Assembly (NCBI GenBank): GCA_964016885.1
Contig: OZ024743.1
Coordinates: 38,316,001-38,380,000, forward strand
Reading direction: 5' to 3'
Source of the DNA: Eledone cirrhosa
Lineage: Eukaryota
Length of the DNA stretch: 64,000 bases
The notes beneath the pieces are model-generated. The model was not told where the DNA came from, ran no database searches, and saw only the letters and a program-made list of their open reading frames with translations. Positions 14,545-28,402 of this stretch are shown one piece after another; the first letter of the stretch is position 1, and each line of letters starts with the position of its first letter. A program made the position numbers and the translations under genes.

Positions 14545-15750
14545 AGATATAAAAATAATTCAATCGAGGCAAGACATATATAGAAGAATAACGTATAATA
14601 AAAAAAATAACATCAATAATAAAATATATATGGTAAATAGGTAGAGAAGTTACAGATGTCAAAAGTAAAAAAAGTAAATATAAGATAGGAAACATTAAAA
14701 AGGTAAGAAAATAAGAAAATGGAAAATATAAATAAATAAATAAGGATAAGTGAGAGCATGTAAGTACAGAGTATGTTTGTGGTGGTTGTGACTAAGTGTT
14801 CTTATAAGGATTCTTTGGTGGGTTTAGTGCTAACATGAAAAACTAAATTCAAAATATACATAGATACGTGTAGAGAGTCCGATGTAGTGACAGATAAAAG
14901 AAAAAAAAGAAAAAAAGCAATAAATTAGAGATTAATTGGGGAATACGAGTATGAGATTTAAGGGCTAGGGGTGGATTGTGAAGGGATGTTTGACAAACGT
15001 GTGTTGTAAATGTTTTGCTGATTGTTCTATCTTAATGGGGTTGATGTTTTTTCAGGGAGAGAGGGTGCAAGAAATGTTCAGAGATTTATGATCCAATGAC
15101 CAGTTGGCCGTTTGAGAGCTAATAGCAGTGTGATGGTGTGTATTTTATATGATAAAATCTAGGTGGTTCAGTTCTAATTTTGGGATTGCTGGTTCAAATC
15201 ATGGTGGTTTGTAGTTTATGAATCTGGTAGCTATTTTATGTCTACAGAAAATTGATCCTTCTATTTTGCTGTTAAGCAGCATCCCATCGTACCTTAAAAT
15301 ATGGAGTAGTTCTAAATTAGAAAGTCCGCAGTGGGACATTCCGTTGCTGTATGCCCTTGCTATCGATCATTTTGACCAGCTAATCTCATATTCTTGGTTT
15401 TTGTTTTTAAGTTGCCAGATTTTATTGGCAAACATCAAGAGTCCTCCAGTCTACTGTTCTTTATGGAGTGTCTGTGGACGTACCACATTTGCTTGAACTC
15501 CCCAGCCATGGAACCTATGTAGTGCCAAGTAGAGTGGCCTGAATTTACAGTACACAGGTACACCATACACGAATCCAGGCATCTATTATGTAGACCCCTT
15601 ATATATATATATATATCCAGGGAGTGTAACTTGGGGTTACTGTAGGAGCACTCGAAGTTCAGTTTCACTTCAGTGTCGAGGTGTAGAGCTAGACAGAGTG
15701 TATTATAGTGAAATAAAATAGCAAGAACGAGTGGATACTCCTTCATTACT

Positions 15751-15958
15751 TTTATTGGTTGGTGACGCGCGTTTCGCCACTGAGCAGCTCAAAGTTCGGT
15801 CTGTATCGATGTGACCCAACTCTGTAATCCGCAGCTCGTCATTTTTCCATTACCATTACAAGGGGTCTGACGAGCCACGGATTACAGAGTCGGGTCAGAT
15901 CGATACAGATCAAACCTTGAGCTGATCAGTGGCGAAAAGCGCATCGCCAACCAATAAA
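15751..15958. repeat. Inverted repeat of a PLE pLTR containing a hammerhead
   Basis: Arms 15751-15841 and 15868-15958, 26-nt spacer, moderately diverged; lies between (TA)n tracts. Confidence 0.9.
15864..15948 (+). ncRNA. Hammerhead motif with 50-nt stem II insertion
   Basis: GGT-CTGACGA-GCCAC-[50 nt]-GTGGC-GAAA-AGCGCA-TC-GCC; the mirror arm retains canonical GAAA-CGCGCG-TC-ACC. Confidence 0.75.
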
Positions 15959-15982
15959 CGTAATCGTCCCTGTTATTTTATT

Positions 15983-16069
<87 letters not shown>

Positions 16070-16074
<5 letters not shown>

Positions 16075-16272
16075 CGAAGGAAATGTGGTAAGGAACCAGA
16101 TGGACCATACGGCACCAAAGTACTCAATACTTAGGGTAGTAGAGTGGGTAATAGGATCGAGTAGGACCCCGACGGCTGAGCTCAAGCCGTTTCGACGGAT
16201 AATTCTGGACTACCAAGTCCAGAATTAGCCGTCGAAACGGCTTGAGCTCAGCCGTCGGGGTCCTACTCGTTT
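16070..16272. mobile_element. PLE-derived fold-back element (54-bp-arm hairpin 16158-16269), same family as 52388-52580
   Basis: Near-perfect hairpin with ACCA loop; each arm contains the hammerhead 3' half GAAA-CGGCTTGAGCTCAGCCG-TC; embedded in (TA)n. Confidence 0.75.
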
Positions 16273-17589
16273 CTATATATATATATATATATATAGTGCA
16301 TTCGTGTAGTGTTTGTTATGTAAGTGCGATTCAGGCAAAGGTAAGAATATTAAGCTACAGGGAGCTGACAGAGAGAAGCGAAAATATGATAGTATGCATT
16401 AAACCTGATAAAACATGTTAACAAAGGTTATATGTTTTCTCTATTATTGTTCGTTATGGTGAAGTTATATGTGTAGAAAAATGAGCGTGTAAGAATTAAT
16501 GTTAGAAATATAATTAGGGTTAGTATTAGAGTTTGAATTAAGATTAGGATTAGTGTTAATATATTTGCCGTGATCGGTCAATATAGGTAAGTGGCCCATA
16601 CTAAGCTAACACCATATGTATATATACATATTTATATATGTATATATAAATATATATATATACATATATGTATGTATATATATATATAAATATACGTATA
16701 TATATATATAAATATACACATATTCCTGGCTCTTGTTTAATATTTTCTTGGCCTTTTGAGAGGGCTATATCTGAAAGGGTGGGCGAGTAACAGCTCGTTT
16801 GACTTGGCATTAGCTATCTCACTTACCAGCTACTACCACATCACCTGGACAACAACAGAAACCACCACAACACCATGAACAAAAGCAGATTCCACACCAT
16901 TACCAATAATCACATCAACAAGTGTCGTAACAGAAATGGCAACAACGAGAGCCATTAATAGTGTCACCAATTTAGTAGTCGGGACTTAAACAACCATAAC
17001 AACAACAGCAACATGAACAGTAGCTATGACAAAAACCGCAACAAAAAAAGCAACTCATATATGAAAACAAACATAGAAATAACCCCAATCTACAAATGTA
17101 TTAACACCATCATCACCATCTGCACACCTACCACCGCCAACACGAATAACACAAAACAAGAACAACAAAAGAATTAACACGAAGAGAACATCCCTTCATT
17201 TAGAATGTTCATGCTGATGCAATGGACATAATCTTGCAAGAAAACATCGACGACTCTAAGTTGAATTGCTGTGTTCATGCTGTGTTTGTTTTGTGTCCTA
17301 CGGGAATCATTTGTTTAACTATTATACAAATATACTTGAAATAGCAATTGGCCTTATTTACAGTGTGTAAGATTTCTCCAATAGGGCAATTGTTAATCCA
17401 TGGATATGTTGATTTCTATTCTGATACATGTAATGACTAATCTAATGATAACTTTAAAGAAGTTGGTCTTAAGGACAGCATTAATGGATAGCACATTGAA
17501 CCAACTGTTATTTGGTGAAGCAGGCAAATCCTAGCGTATTCTTACCACATGGACACCTACAAAAAAAAAAAAGAAAAAAATCGTCATTA

Positions 17590-18370
17590 ACACCATAATA
17601 ATTACGATGGTGAATATGATGATAGCATTGGTGATGACAATGATGTTGATTGTGGTGATGATGATGTTGGTGGAGACGAGGATGATTTTGGTGAGGGTGA
17701 GGATGATAATGGCAATGGAAATAATGGGTTTGATATCATTGAAGTTGGTGATGATGATATGTTCGTGATTGTAGTGAGGATGGTGAAGTGATGTGATGGT
17801 ATTGATGATGTCAATGGTAGTGTTGATGGTGTTGTTATCATTGACGGTGGTGAGTATGATGGTTGTTATGATGACAATAAGGCCGCCTAACATTGTAATT
17901 GTAAGTACGGTGAGTGAGGATAAGATGTACCTGGTGTTCATGTTCATGATGACGATGGTTATAAGGCTGGCAAATAATTAATGGTGGTGTTGCCGATTAT
18001 GTTAATGGTGATGGTGTTTATAATGATGATAATAATGATAATGTTTGCGAAGCAAATGTTTATGGTGATTGTCATGATACTAGTTGTATTGTTGATTTTG
18101 ATAATGATGGTATTTTTGTCAATGATAACGAGGATGATGATGATGCGGAAGATGAAAATGAAGGTGATGAAGAGGGTGATGATGATGATGTTGGAGCTGA
18201 TTATGATTATGATGATGATGATGATGATGTTAATGATGATGATAATGATAACGATGCTAAGGACAGTGAGGTTTGTAACAGTAATGCTGAAGGAGGTTAT
18301 ATTGATGATGGTAACAATGCTGATTGGAATGGTGATGTTAATGACGTTTGTGATGATTATGGTGAGTAAT
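17590..18370. repeat. Degenerate (GAT/GGT)n low-complexity tract
   Basis: Direct reading; generates spurious Ile/Met-rich ORFs. Confidence 0.9.
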
Positions 18371-18632
18371 CTAACCAAACAAACACTTACTAAATAATAC
18401 AATGCTAGTCCGGTCATTCTCCAACAGATAATGCGTTAGTTAAAACAATCCTTTAAAGCGTGAATGCACTGATTTCTGTAAAATAATTAGATCGGTCTAT
18501 ACGTGCAGATAATTGCAAACAACACAGCGACAATTTTATTTTATGCCACATACTTTGATGCGTTGGTTATATAAAGACACAGACAGTGAAGATGTACAAT
18601 TATGTAGAGATATGCATATATATATATATGTA

Positions 18633-18713
<81 letters not shown>

Positions 18714-18787
18714 ATGTAAATATATATATATATATGTATGTATATATAAATATCCACCCCATCCCCTCTCTATATATATCCATCTCT

Positions 18788-18824
<37 letters not shown>

Positions 18825-18862
18825 TCCACCCCATCCCCTCTCTATATATATCCATCTCTTCT

Positions 18863-18935
<73 letters not shown>

Positions 18936-19162
18936 GAAATACGTATATGTATTAAGTTGAGCGTTTAGTAGATGAAGTTTATAAAGAAATTATATCTGTA
19001 TATTTGTAGAAGCACATTACCGGGCAATCGGAGAATATAATTTACTTTGGTATTGAGTATTATTTTCTAGTATTTCTTAAGACTATATATATATATATAT
19101 ATATATAAATATATGTTAATGTGTGTGTGTATATATATATATAAGTATATATATATATATAA

Positions 19163-19218
<56 letters not shown>

Positions 19219-19789
19219 TCGTCTTTAGTTTGTCTGATTTTTTGTTATTTCTACTTTTATGATAGCAAAATTGTTTTTTGGTGGGAGTGTATAACAATAA
19301 AATACATAGAAATATACACAATTTAATGAATGAGTTAAATTCATGCATGAATGATGGGCTCTAAATTAATTAAAAACAAACAAACATTGGAAACGAAGAA
19401 AAACAGAAAAGGAAGGAAAATGCAAGCTCTGTAGTGTCACAGAAGAGTGGGAGTGGGAGGAGGATGGTGGCGGGCTTTGCCCTCGGGCGTGGAGTTAGAA
19501 AAGCATTTCTGCAGGCAATGGGCCGTGCCATCAGCTGCAAAAGCAACCCATCGTTGCTGAGCTCCTACACAGACGCGTTGATAATATTCCGAACTTGCTG
19601 AGGATCTCGGTAACACGGTTGGGCCATGCTGATGGTGATGGTGGGGTGATGATGATGTAGATGATGATCGTGTAGATGATGGTGATGGTGATGGTGGGGT
19701 CAGGATGATGTTCAGGGTGATGGTGCATTGAGCAATGGTGATAGAGGGTAACGAATATGTGTTGGTGGTATAAAAAAAGGAGCAGACTA

Positions 19790-19968
19790 TAGTAGTGGTA
19801 GTAGTACTAGTAGTGGTTGTGGTTAAAGCAGTACTAGTGGTAGCAGTAGTAGTAGTAGCAGTAGCGGTAGTAGTGGTGGTTGTGGTTACTGTAGTAGTAA
19901 AGGTAGCAGTAGTATTAGCTGTAGTAGAAGTAGTGGTGGTTGTGGTTACTGTAGTAGTGGTAGTAGTA

Positions 19969-20036
<68 letters not shown>

Positions 20037-20251
20037 TGTAGTAGTAGTAATATTAGTAGTAGTATTAGTATTAGTATTAGTAGTAGCAGTAGTAGTAGCA
20101 GTATTAGTAGTAGCAGTAGTAGTAGCAGTATTAGTATTAGTAGTAGTAGTAGTAATTGTAATAGTAGAAACAGTTAAAGTAGTAGCAGTAGCAGAAGTAT
20201 TAGTAGTAGCAGTAGTGGTATCAGTAGTAGTAGCAGTAGTAGTAGCAGTAT

Positions 20252-20322
<71 letters not shown>

Positions 20323-20695
20323 TTAGTAGTAGTAATTATTGTAGTATTAGCAGTGATAATAGTAGTAGTGATTGTGGTGGTGGTGATGGTATATTGGTAC
20401 AACAGAGTGCAGTAGTGGTGGTGATGTAGAAGGTCTTGGAAGGAGAACGATAAAGGCAGGTGTTACTAGGTGTAGTAATATTGGCTGTGTTCGTAGTAGT
20501 GTTGGTGGTGGTACTAGTGGTGGTTGTTTTAGTAGTAGTGATAGTGGTAGTGGTGTAGTAGTTTTAGTAATAGTAGTGGTGGTGGTTATAGTGGTGGTAA
20601 TGGTAGTGGTGGTGGTAGTAGCAGTGGTGATAGTAGTAGTAGTTGTAGTGCTTGTGGTGCTTGTAATGGCGGTAGTATTGGTGGTGGCAATAATT

Positions 20696-20761
<66 letters not shown>

Positions 20762-21010
20762 TTAGTGGAGGTTTTAGTAGTAGTGATAGTAACAGTGGTA
20801 GTTGTAGTGGTGCTGGTAGTAGTAGTGGTGGTGGCAGCAGTTGTGTTGGCAGTAATAGTGGTGGTGGTAGTAGTAGTGGTGATGTTGGTAGTAATAGATG
20901 TAGTGGTGGTTGTAGTAGAGGTGGTGGTAGTATTGGTGGTGGTGGTAGTAGTAGTATTGATAGTAGAAGTGCTGGTGCTATTGGATTTCGCTGTGGTGGT
21001 AGAAGTGGTT
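19790..21010. repeat. Long degenerate (GTA/GTG)n trinucleotide tract
   Basis: Direct reading; generates poly-Thr and poly-Val ORFs. Confidence 0.92.
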
Positions 21011-21841
21011 GTTTCTTGAAATAAGTCCGGAATTGATAAAGAGAAGTAATTCGCCTGTCGAATGTATTCTACTACGAAGTTTTTGTTTTCGAAGAAATAT
21101 GTCCGAAGATCTGTTTTCGAAGAATAGTCCGTAAGCGAAATTTGGGGCCGTATCATTCCGAAATTAATTTCCTACCCATTCGGACATGGTACGTTCACTC
21201 TAGTAATTATTTTCTTAATTCAATATTCAGATCAAGCGAAATATGAGCCTGGAGCGTATATTTCATTGACAAAATAAAATAATTTAATTTTGTATCATCT
21301 ATGTTTGTTATTGGTATTTCCCTTTGACTTCCTTTAACACCCACCCTCCCTAAATTAACAGGGAAATATATTTCATAAGTATTAAAGGAAAATTACATTC
21401 TTGCACCAAAACAACGTCTGGTATACTATGAATAATTGATTCTATGTATTTATTGACAATATGTAGATAATGGAAAATCTGAAATAGACTTGGAAATGTT
21501 CTTCAATATTTAGTTTAAAGTACGAACTTTGCTATAATGTTTCGTACATAATTTGCTAAACATTTACCTACAAATATTTTCCAATATATTATTCACTACC
21601 CCTCCTTTATAGAGGTAATAATACAAAATGACTTATTCCGTTAATATTTATATATTTCTAATGCAGGAATAATGTCCTCGCACATGAAAAGCGTTCGCAC
21701 CGAGCAAACAAAGAAATAATATACGAATGAATTCCCAACTTTTGATTCCAAACCACCTAAAACCGGATTTGTTCCTATGAAGGAAATATACACGACTGAA
21801 AGGATTCCAATTTAAATTAAAATGTGTCAACATATTGTCAT

Positions 21842-22032
21842 ATAATTGTTTGTGCCTTTGGCACAAGACCAGCAATTATCCCAGTACATTACTGGTATTT
21901 TATTTTATCGACCCCGTAAGGATGAAAGGCAAAGTTAACCTTGGGGGAATTTGAACTCAGACCGCAAAAGAGCAAAACTCTATGCTGCAAAGCATGATGT
22001 CCAACCCTCTGCCGATACTGCCAATCCAGCGC
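21842..22032 (-). mobile_element. tRNA-derived SINE
   Basis: Same family as 7068-7252. Confidence 0.88.
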
Positions 22033-22317
22033 CCTTGTCATATAATATTCTTTTAAGTTATATACTAATAGGATATATAAATACTGAAATAATTAATCAT
22101 AATAGTAAATCCCAGCATGGTCACAAAATGGTATATATTAAGGAAGCATTTACTATTCATAGTTTCTCCCAAATCTTCAGTTATATTTTCTTATTAGAGC
22201 AATTTCAGTGTATAGAATGATGTGGTATTTTACGAATCTCACAAGATGCTATCGACTAAATACTTATGAGTAATATGGGATTAATACGAAAATCATCATC
22301 ATTATTAAATGTAATAA

Positions 22318-22572
22318 AGTAGCAGTAATGCACTGGGATAATTGCTGGCCTTCTGCCACAAAATAGAAACAATTATTTAGGGCGGTGGATTGGCAGTATC
22401 GGTAGAATTCGCACGCCATGCTTTGCAGCAAAGAGTTAAGGCCCTTTATTGTCTGAGTTCAAATCACGCCGAGGTTAATTTTGCCTTTCATCCTTACGGG
22501 GTCGATAAAATAAAGTACCAGTGGTACACTGGGAAAATTGCTGGCCTTCTGCCAAAAGTAGAAACAATTATT
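22318..22572 (+). mobile_element. tRNA-derived SINE (22379-22572) preceded by an extra SINE tail (22318-22376)
   Basis: GGGCGGTGGATTGGCAGTATCGG head, GAGTTCAAATC B box, tail GAAACAATTATT occurring twice. Confidence 0.88.
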
Positions 22573-23212
22573 AAATGTATTACATTGTAAATTTAGATCA
22601 CAAATATACTCTTTTGTATTATCAACTATATTGAACTCAACAGAAAGTTAGTGTTTATGGATATCTCTGTGCAGGAAGAAGGTGCATGTAATACAGAACA
22701 AGTTACTTGATCATGAAATCGAATAGGCCCTATTCATGCGTATTTAGATCCAGATGACTGTTCCTTCGAATCACTCTTTTCCATGTCAAGTAGTAAATGC
22801 CAACATGTGCATTTAAGGCTCCTATTAGGATATATTCGTTATATTAGGAGTTACGTTCTCCAGTCATGGAATGAAGTAGGCGGAATAAAGTGCAAAAATT
22901 GCAGGAGGAGTGCAGTGACACACCAGATTCAGCATTCTGTCTTTAGAATAGGGGAAGTAGGTGTAAAAGCCAAACTCGGTATCTTCAATTCGATATTCGT
23001 ACCATTCGTACGGTATTCATGACGATATGATCAGGGATCTTGTGTAATGAGGAAAATAATGCGATCGCGAATACCAGCCAGCGAATTAGGGCTCCTGGGA
23101 CTCGGTTTATGAATAATATTACACAATAGAGTGCGGGGCTCGGATGTCAGGTTGTCGCTCCAGGTAGAGCCTGTACTTTTTTCGAATTGAGAGATCACAT
23201 CTGCGATAATAT

Positions 23213-23337
23213 GGAAGAAGAAGAAGAAGAAGAAGAAGAAGAAGAAGAAGAAGAAGAAGAAGAAGAAGAAGAAGAAGAAGAAGAAGAAGAAGAAGAAGAA
23301 GAAGAAGAAGAAGACGACGACGACGACGACGACGACG
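23213..23337. repeat. (GAA)n-(GAC)n compound microsatellite
   Basis: Direct reading. Confidence 0.97.
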
Positions 23338-24334
23338 CAGAATAAGGGAAGAAGACGCACGTGGTGGTAGAAGGTCATGAAATCGCTCCCGTAAGTTTTT
23401 GATTTTTAACATATTTAAATCAATTGTCAAATTACAATTCTTAGTATAAATGATGCATAAACCACCGAATCAAGTCTCATAAAATTTCGGATCCATATTA
23501 TATTGTTATATTGCTCAAATATTCAATATTGTATTATATATTTTGTATTCAAAAAAGAAAATGGTTATAAATGGAAGAAAACACCACCTCTCTACACTAT
23601 ATAGAACAGCCAAATAACAGCAATTTCACCAACACCAGAAACTTGATACACCACCTACCCCATCACACTAAATATAACAGCCAGATAACGGCAATTTCAC
23701 CACCACCACCACCAATCCCAGCATAATAATAATAATAATTACTATTATTATTGTCTCAAGTTTTAACAAAATGTTTAATTCCAATGTTACGACACAAACG
23801 CATAGATACTACAGATCAAACAAAACTAGTTTATTTAACACATATATTAAACATACGCGACACAAACTCATAGATACTACATATCACAAAACTCAGTAAC
23901 GACAATGCCACCGCCGCCACAACTCCATCCATCATTGCTACCACATTCCCACCACCGCCGCCACCACTCCTTCATTGCTACCACCACTACTCCCCTGTTA
24001 ACTTAAGAAAGGGGAAGGTTGCGGTATCACTAGACAAGGGAGAGGCTAGCAAAAGATATAAATAGATTGACTTAGTGACCTGGCGACCGGCCAAACGTCA
24101 ACAACTATGGCACTGCTAGCTCCCTCCTTCCTCACCAACAATATAAAAAGCCCCAGCACCACCACCGACATAGCCAACAACAATAACAGGCAACTTCAGA
24201 AAAAGTATATTATATTATTGTAATGCACTGGGTGATTGCTGGCCTTGTTTCTGGAGTGGAGACAATTATTAATAATTTCATTCTTAAGCCACGCAATGCT
24301 CACATTAAGGAACCACTCATGATAATAACAATTT

Positions 24335-27300
24335 AAAAAAAAAAAAAAAAAAGAAAACCCCGTGACAAAGAAATACCGGGATGGCGGCAGGCGGGGAATA
24401 GCCGTGTCTCTAGGGGAGAACGACCCCTCTAGTCTTGGTTGACACTCGTTCTAGAAGTGGTAACACGAAATGATTACCCCTTGGCGGATAAGGATAAAAC
24501 GCGACAAAATAAAGTAAATGACTAATGATAAAATCTCATACCGGATCGGCCGTCACCCGGGTAAAAAAGGGCCGCGTCCCTCAGAGAGGAACCAGACTGG
24601 GGTCGAAAAATCAGCTAATGGTTCAAACCTTCCCATCACTTCGGAGCTGGAGACCTCCCATAACCGGAATACTCCTACCGTTGGCCCTCCATGCTCACCA
24701 CCAAGAAATCCAAAGAAAAAGAGAGAAAAATGGTCAAGGGAAGATAATTAAGAAGTCCTTGAGGCTTTCTACACTGCCATGTACTACCCATCAAATACAT
24801 CGAATACAGAACAGACATATATCAACTGGAAAAAGAAACATCCCGAAAACAGAGGCTATATTGACAGTAACAAACTCGCCAATATACGAAGAAATATTGT
24901 AAGAAAAAAGTTACTAACTGATATAGAAATTGATCAGATCAAGCTATTAGCACAAAGTCAGCGAAGGGAAAATGAAACATGTGTCAGTGAAAACGAGGTA
25001 AATTGTAACACTTCGAATCCCAGGGTTGGGGCGGAATCACTGGCAACAGAACAAATTAAAGAAAGGATGGAAAAAGTGGTGGGAGTGCATGCTCAGGATG
25101 AAACTCCAAATGAAAATAATGAGATCGTAAATGATAAAGAAATGAATGAGAATGAACTTGCCAGCTTGAAGGATGAAATTATTATCGAATGGATGAAAAT
25201 GAAAGAATCTGACATGGGGCAACAGGATACACCCTCCCTAAGATCCAGAACTCCACACAGAACCAAAAGATAATACAGAAGACTAACATGATTCTCAAAA
25301 ACATTATCATCACAAACAAACTAAACATTACTGATTTAAATCATCTCCATTATGCATCGGCTAAAGTCACCACTCACTTATGTGGTGTGAAGATGAAAAA
25401 ACAAAGCAATTCCCACAAGAAATCTACTTGGCAAGAGAACATCAATCGCCAAATAAACCTTCTCCGATCTGACATAGAAATTTTAACAAACTATAAAGTA
25501 GGTGAACATGTTAAACAAACTAAACTTAGAAAATTGAAAAGAAAGTACAGTATAAAATCAACAAGTGACATAGACATGCTGATAGAAATAATCAAGCAAA
25601 AAGTGTCGGCCAAAGTTGCTCGTATAAGGCGCTTTGAAAAACCATCTAGATTCTATAAGGACAATAATATGTTCAAAAACAACCAAAGAAACTTCTACAG
25701 AAAAATTGGTAAGTCAGCAATAACTGCTTAATCAATACCACCCAAGGAGGAAGTGCAAGAATTCTTGGAAAAGATCTGGGCCGAAGAAAAAGTTCATAAC
25801 ATACATGCCCCATGGATAGACAGACAAATGAAAGATACAGTTCACCTTGAGGAACAAATATGGGAAAATATAACAGTTGAACAGTTGCGCTTGCCTCTAA
25901 GAAAAACCAGCAAATGGAAATCCCCAGGAAAAGACAAAATACAAATGTTTTGGATAAATACCTTCACAGAGTCTCATGAGCTGTTAGCCCAACTTTACAA
26001 TGAAATAGTTAAGGAGCCAGAAAATATGCCATTATGGCTAGTTAACGGCATTACATTCCTGCTTCCGAAGAATGATGAGACAAACAATCCCAAAAATTAC
26101 AGACCGATAACTTGCTTGACCACAATGTATAAAATGTTAACATCAGTCCTAACTGAATACACATATGACCACCTGATAACAAATAACCTATTTCCCATTG
26201 AGCAGAACGGGTGTAAACGAGGCTCATATGGCTGTAAGGATCAGATTTTGGTTAACAAAATGATACTGGAAGATTGTCATAATAGACACAAAAATCTATC
26301 GATTGCTTGGATAGATTATAAAAAATCATTTGATAGTTTGCCACACAGTTGGATTGAAAAATGTTTAGATATTTTCAAAATATCCCCCGTTGTCAGGAGG
26401 TTTGTGTCATTCAGTATGAAGACATGGAAAACGACACTCCTTATGAATAGTGAAACAAAATCACTGGAAGCTGGAGAAGTGAATATTAATTGTGGAATTT
26501 TTCAGTGTGACTCTTTATCACCGCTTTTATTCTGCATCGCACTTATACCATTAAGTAAAATGCTCAATGAAACAAAACATGGATATAAAGTCTATGACAA
26601 AACCATTAATCACTTGTTCTACATGGATGACCTGAAACTATTTACAAAAAATGATGAACAATTGCAAGGGCTATTATCCACTGTGGAGCAGTTCAGTGAT
26701 GACATTAAAATGGAGTTTGGACTAGATAAATGCGCCAAAGCAACGTTCACCAGAGGAAAGCTGCTGAAGAGTTCAGACATTAATCTTGATCGGGGGAACG
26801 TGATAAGAGAACTTGATCAAGAAAAAACTTACAAATATCTAGGTGTTTGTGAAGTAGACGGAATTAAGCACTCGACAATGAGGGAAAGGATAAGGAAGTA
26901 ATGTTACCGCAGAGTAAGAGCAATCTCAAGAACGCAATTGAATGCAAGGAATAGGATCGATGCCATAAACACGCTTGCCATACCAGTAGTAACCTACAGT
27001 TACAATGTCATCAACAGGTCAAGCACAGAGATCCGTAGGTTCGATACAAAAATTCGAAAATTCTTAACCATGCACAGAATGCATCACCCTAAGGCAGATA
27101 TAGATAGAATACATCTCCCTAGGAAAGAAGGAGGACGTGGGTTAATCCAGTTAGACATTGCGTTGAAAACTGCAACAATTGGATTATCTACATATCTAAG
27201 GGAATCACATGATTGGATGATCAAACTCGTTTTGAAACACGAAAGCATCAAAAGATCATATTCAATTACAAAAGATACACAAAGATACAGTAATGGACTA

Positions 27301-28314
27301 CAAATATCAGAAGTCCCATTTACTGCTGAAATGGAAAACACAGAAAAAGCAAAGCAGGTAAAAGTAACTGCAAAGAGAGAATTGCTACAGAAACTGGCTA
27401 AGAAATGGCAAGAAAAGCCTCTGTATGGAAAATACCCAGAACGAGCTAACAATCCTGATGTTGACAAAACTTTCACCCATCAGTGGTTGGCATCCTCTGG
27501 ACTGAAATCGGAGACTGAAGGACTGATTATATCAGCACAAGATCAGTGTCTGCCAACAAAAAATTACGAAGACAACATAATAAAAAATGGATGCAGCCCA
27601 TTATGCCGTGTATGCAAAAAACAATCAGAGACCATTGATCATATAATTTCAATGTGCAGTCCTATAGCTCCAACGGAATACCTAAACAGGCATGACAGAG
27701 CTGCACAATACATACATTGGATAATGTGTAAGCATTTTGACCTGCCCCATCAAAAGAATTGGTGGGAGCATCAACCACCTCCCATACTTGAAAAAGATCA
27801 CATCTCAATCTTGTGGAACTTTAGCATCCAAACAGACCGAAAAATAGATGCAAATAGACCTGATATAATATTGAAGGACTTTAAAAAGAGGGTATGCCTG
27901 CTAATTGATATGTCCGTTCCAATAGACAAGAATGTATCTATAAAAACATTTGAAAAATTGAGCAAGTATAAGGACCTGGAGATAGAAATTGTAAAAATGT
28001 GGAAATTGAGAACTAAAACAATACCAGTGGTTGTAGGGGCTCTGGGAATGATACCTAAGAGGGCTAATGGTTACTTATCGCAAATCCCAGGAAACCCCGC
28101 GTATAGGAGAAATACAAAATATAGTACTAATGGGAACTGCCCATATACTAAGGAAGATTCTGTCAATATAAGTACATCACAAGTCTAAACACTAAAGATG
28201 CATGTGTGAGTATGTATGTTCTTTCTTGAACATGGCGGACCTTGTTGTCTCTTGAGGTCACTGGTTGTGACTTGGTGATAACTCGTATGAACATAAAGCA
28301 AGATAAATGCAACT

Positions 28315-28315
<1 letters not shown>
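24335..28315 (+). mobile_element. Near-full-length R4/Dong-clade non-LTR retrotransposon (RT + restriction-like endonuclease)
   Basis: RT motifs NYRPITCL, WIDYKKSFDS, GIFQCDSLSPLLF, HLFYMDDLK; CCHC (CRVC...ETIDHIISMC), RHD and PD-(D/E)xK (RPDII...IDMSVP...EKLSKY) motifs; 3' end runs into (TAA)n. Confidence 0.93.
24518..28188 (+). pseudogene. R4/Dong single ORF broken by stops and frameshifts
   Basis: ORF pieces 24518-24751, 24779-25273, 25288-25731, 25753-26901 and 26938-28188 are colinear. Confidence 0.9.

Positions 28316-28400
<85 letters not shown>
28316..28400. repeat. (TAA)n tract shared as the 3' junction of the Dong and Tx1 elements
   Basis: Direct reading. Confidence 0.97.

Positions 28401-28402
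<2 letters not shown>

Noticed and set aside
19437-21156. 321-aa and 269-aa poly-Thr ORFs resembling a mucin
   Set aside because: Both strands are open simply because (GTA)n lacks stops in those frames; no signal peptide or domain; typical trinucleotide microsatellite.
24355-24510. Possible HDV-like ribozyme at the Dong 5' end (GAC-CCCTCTA-GTC)
   Set aside because: Could not identify convincing P1, P2 and J4/2 elements by eye; needs a descriptor search.
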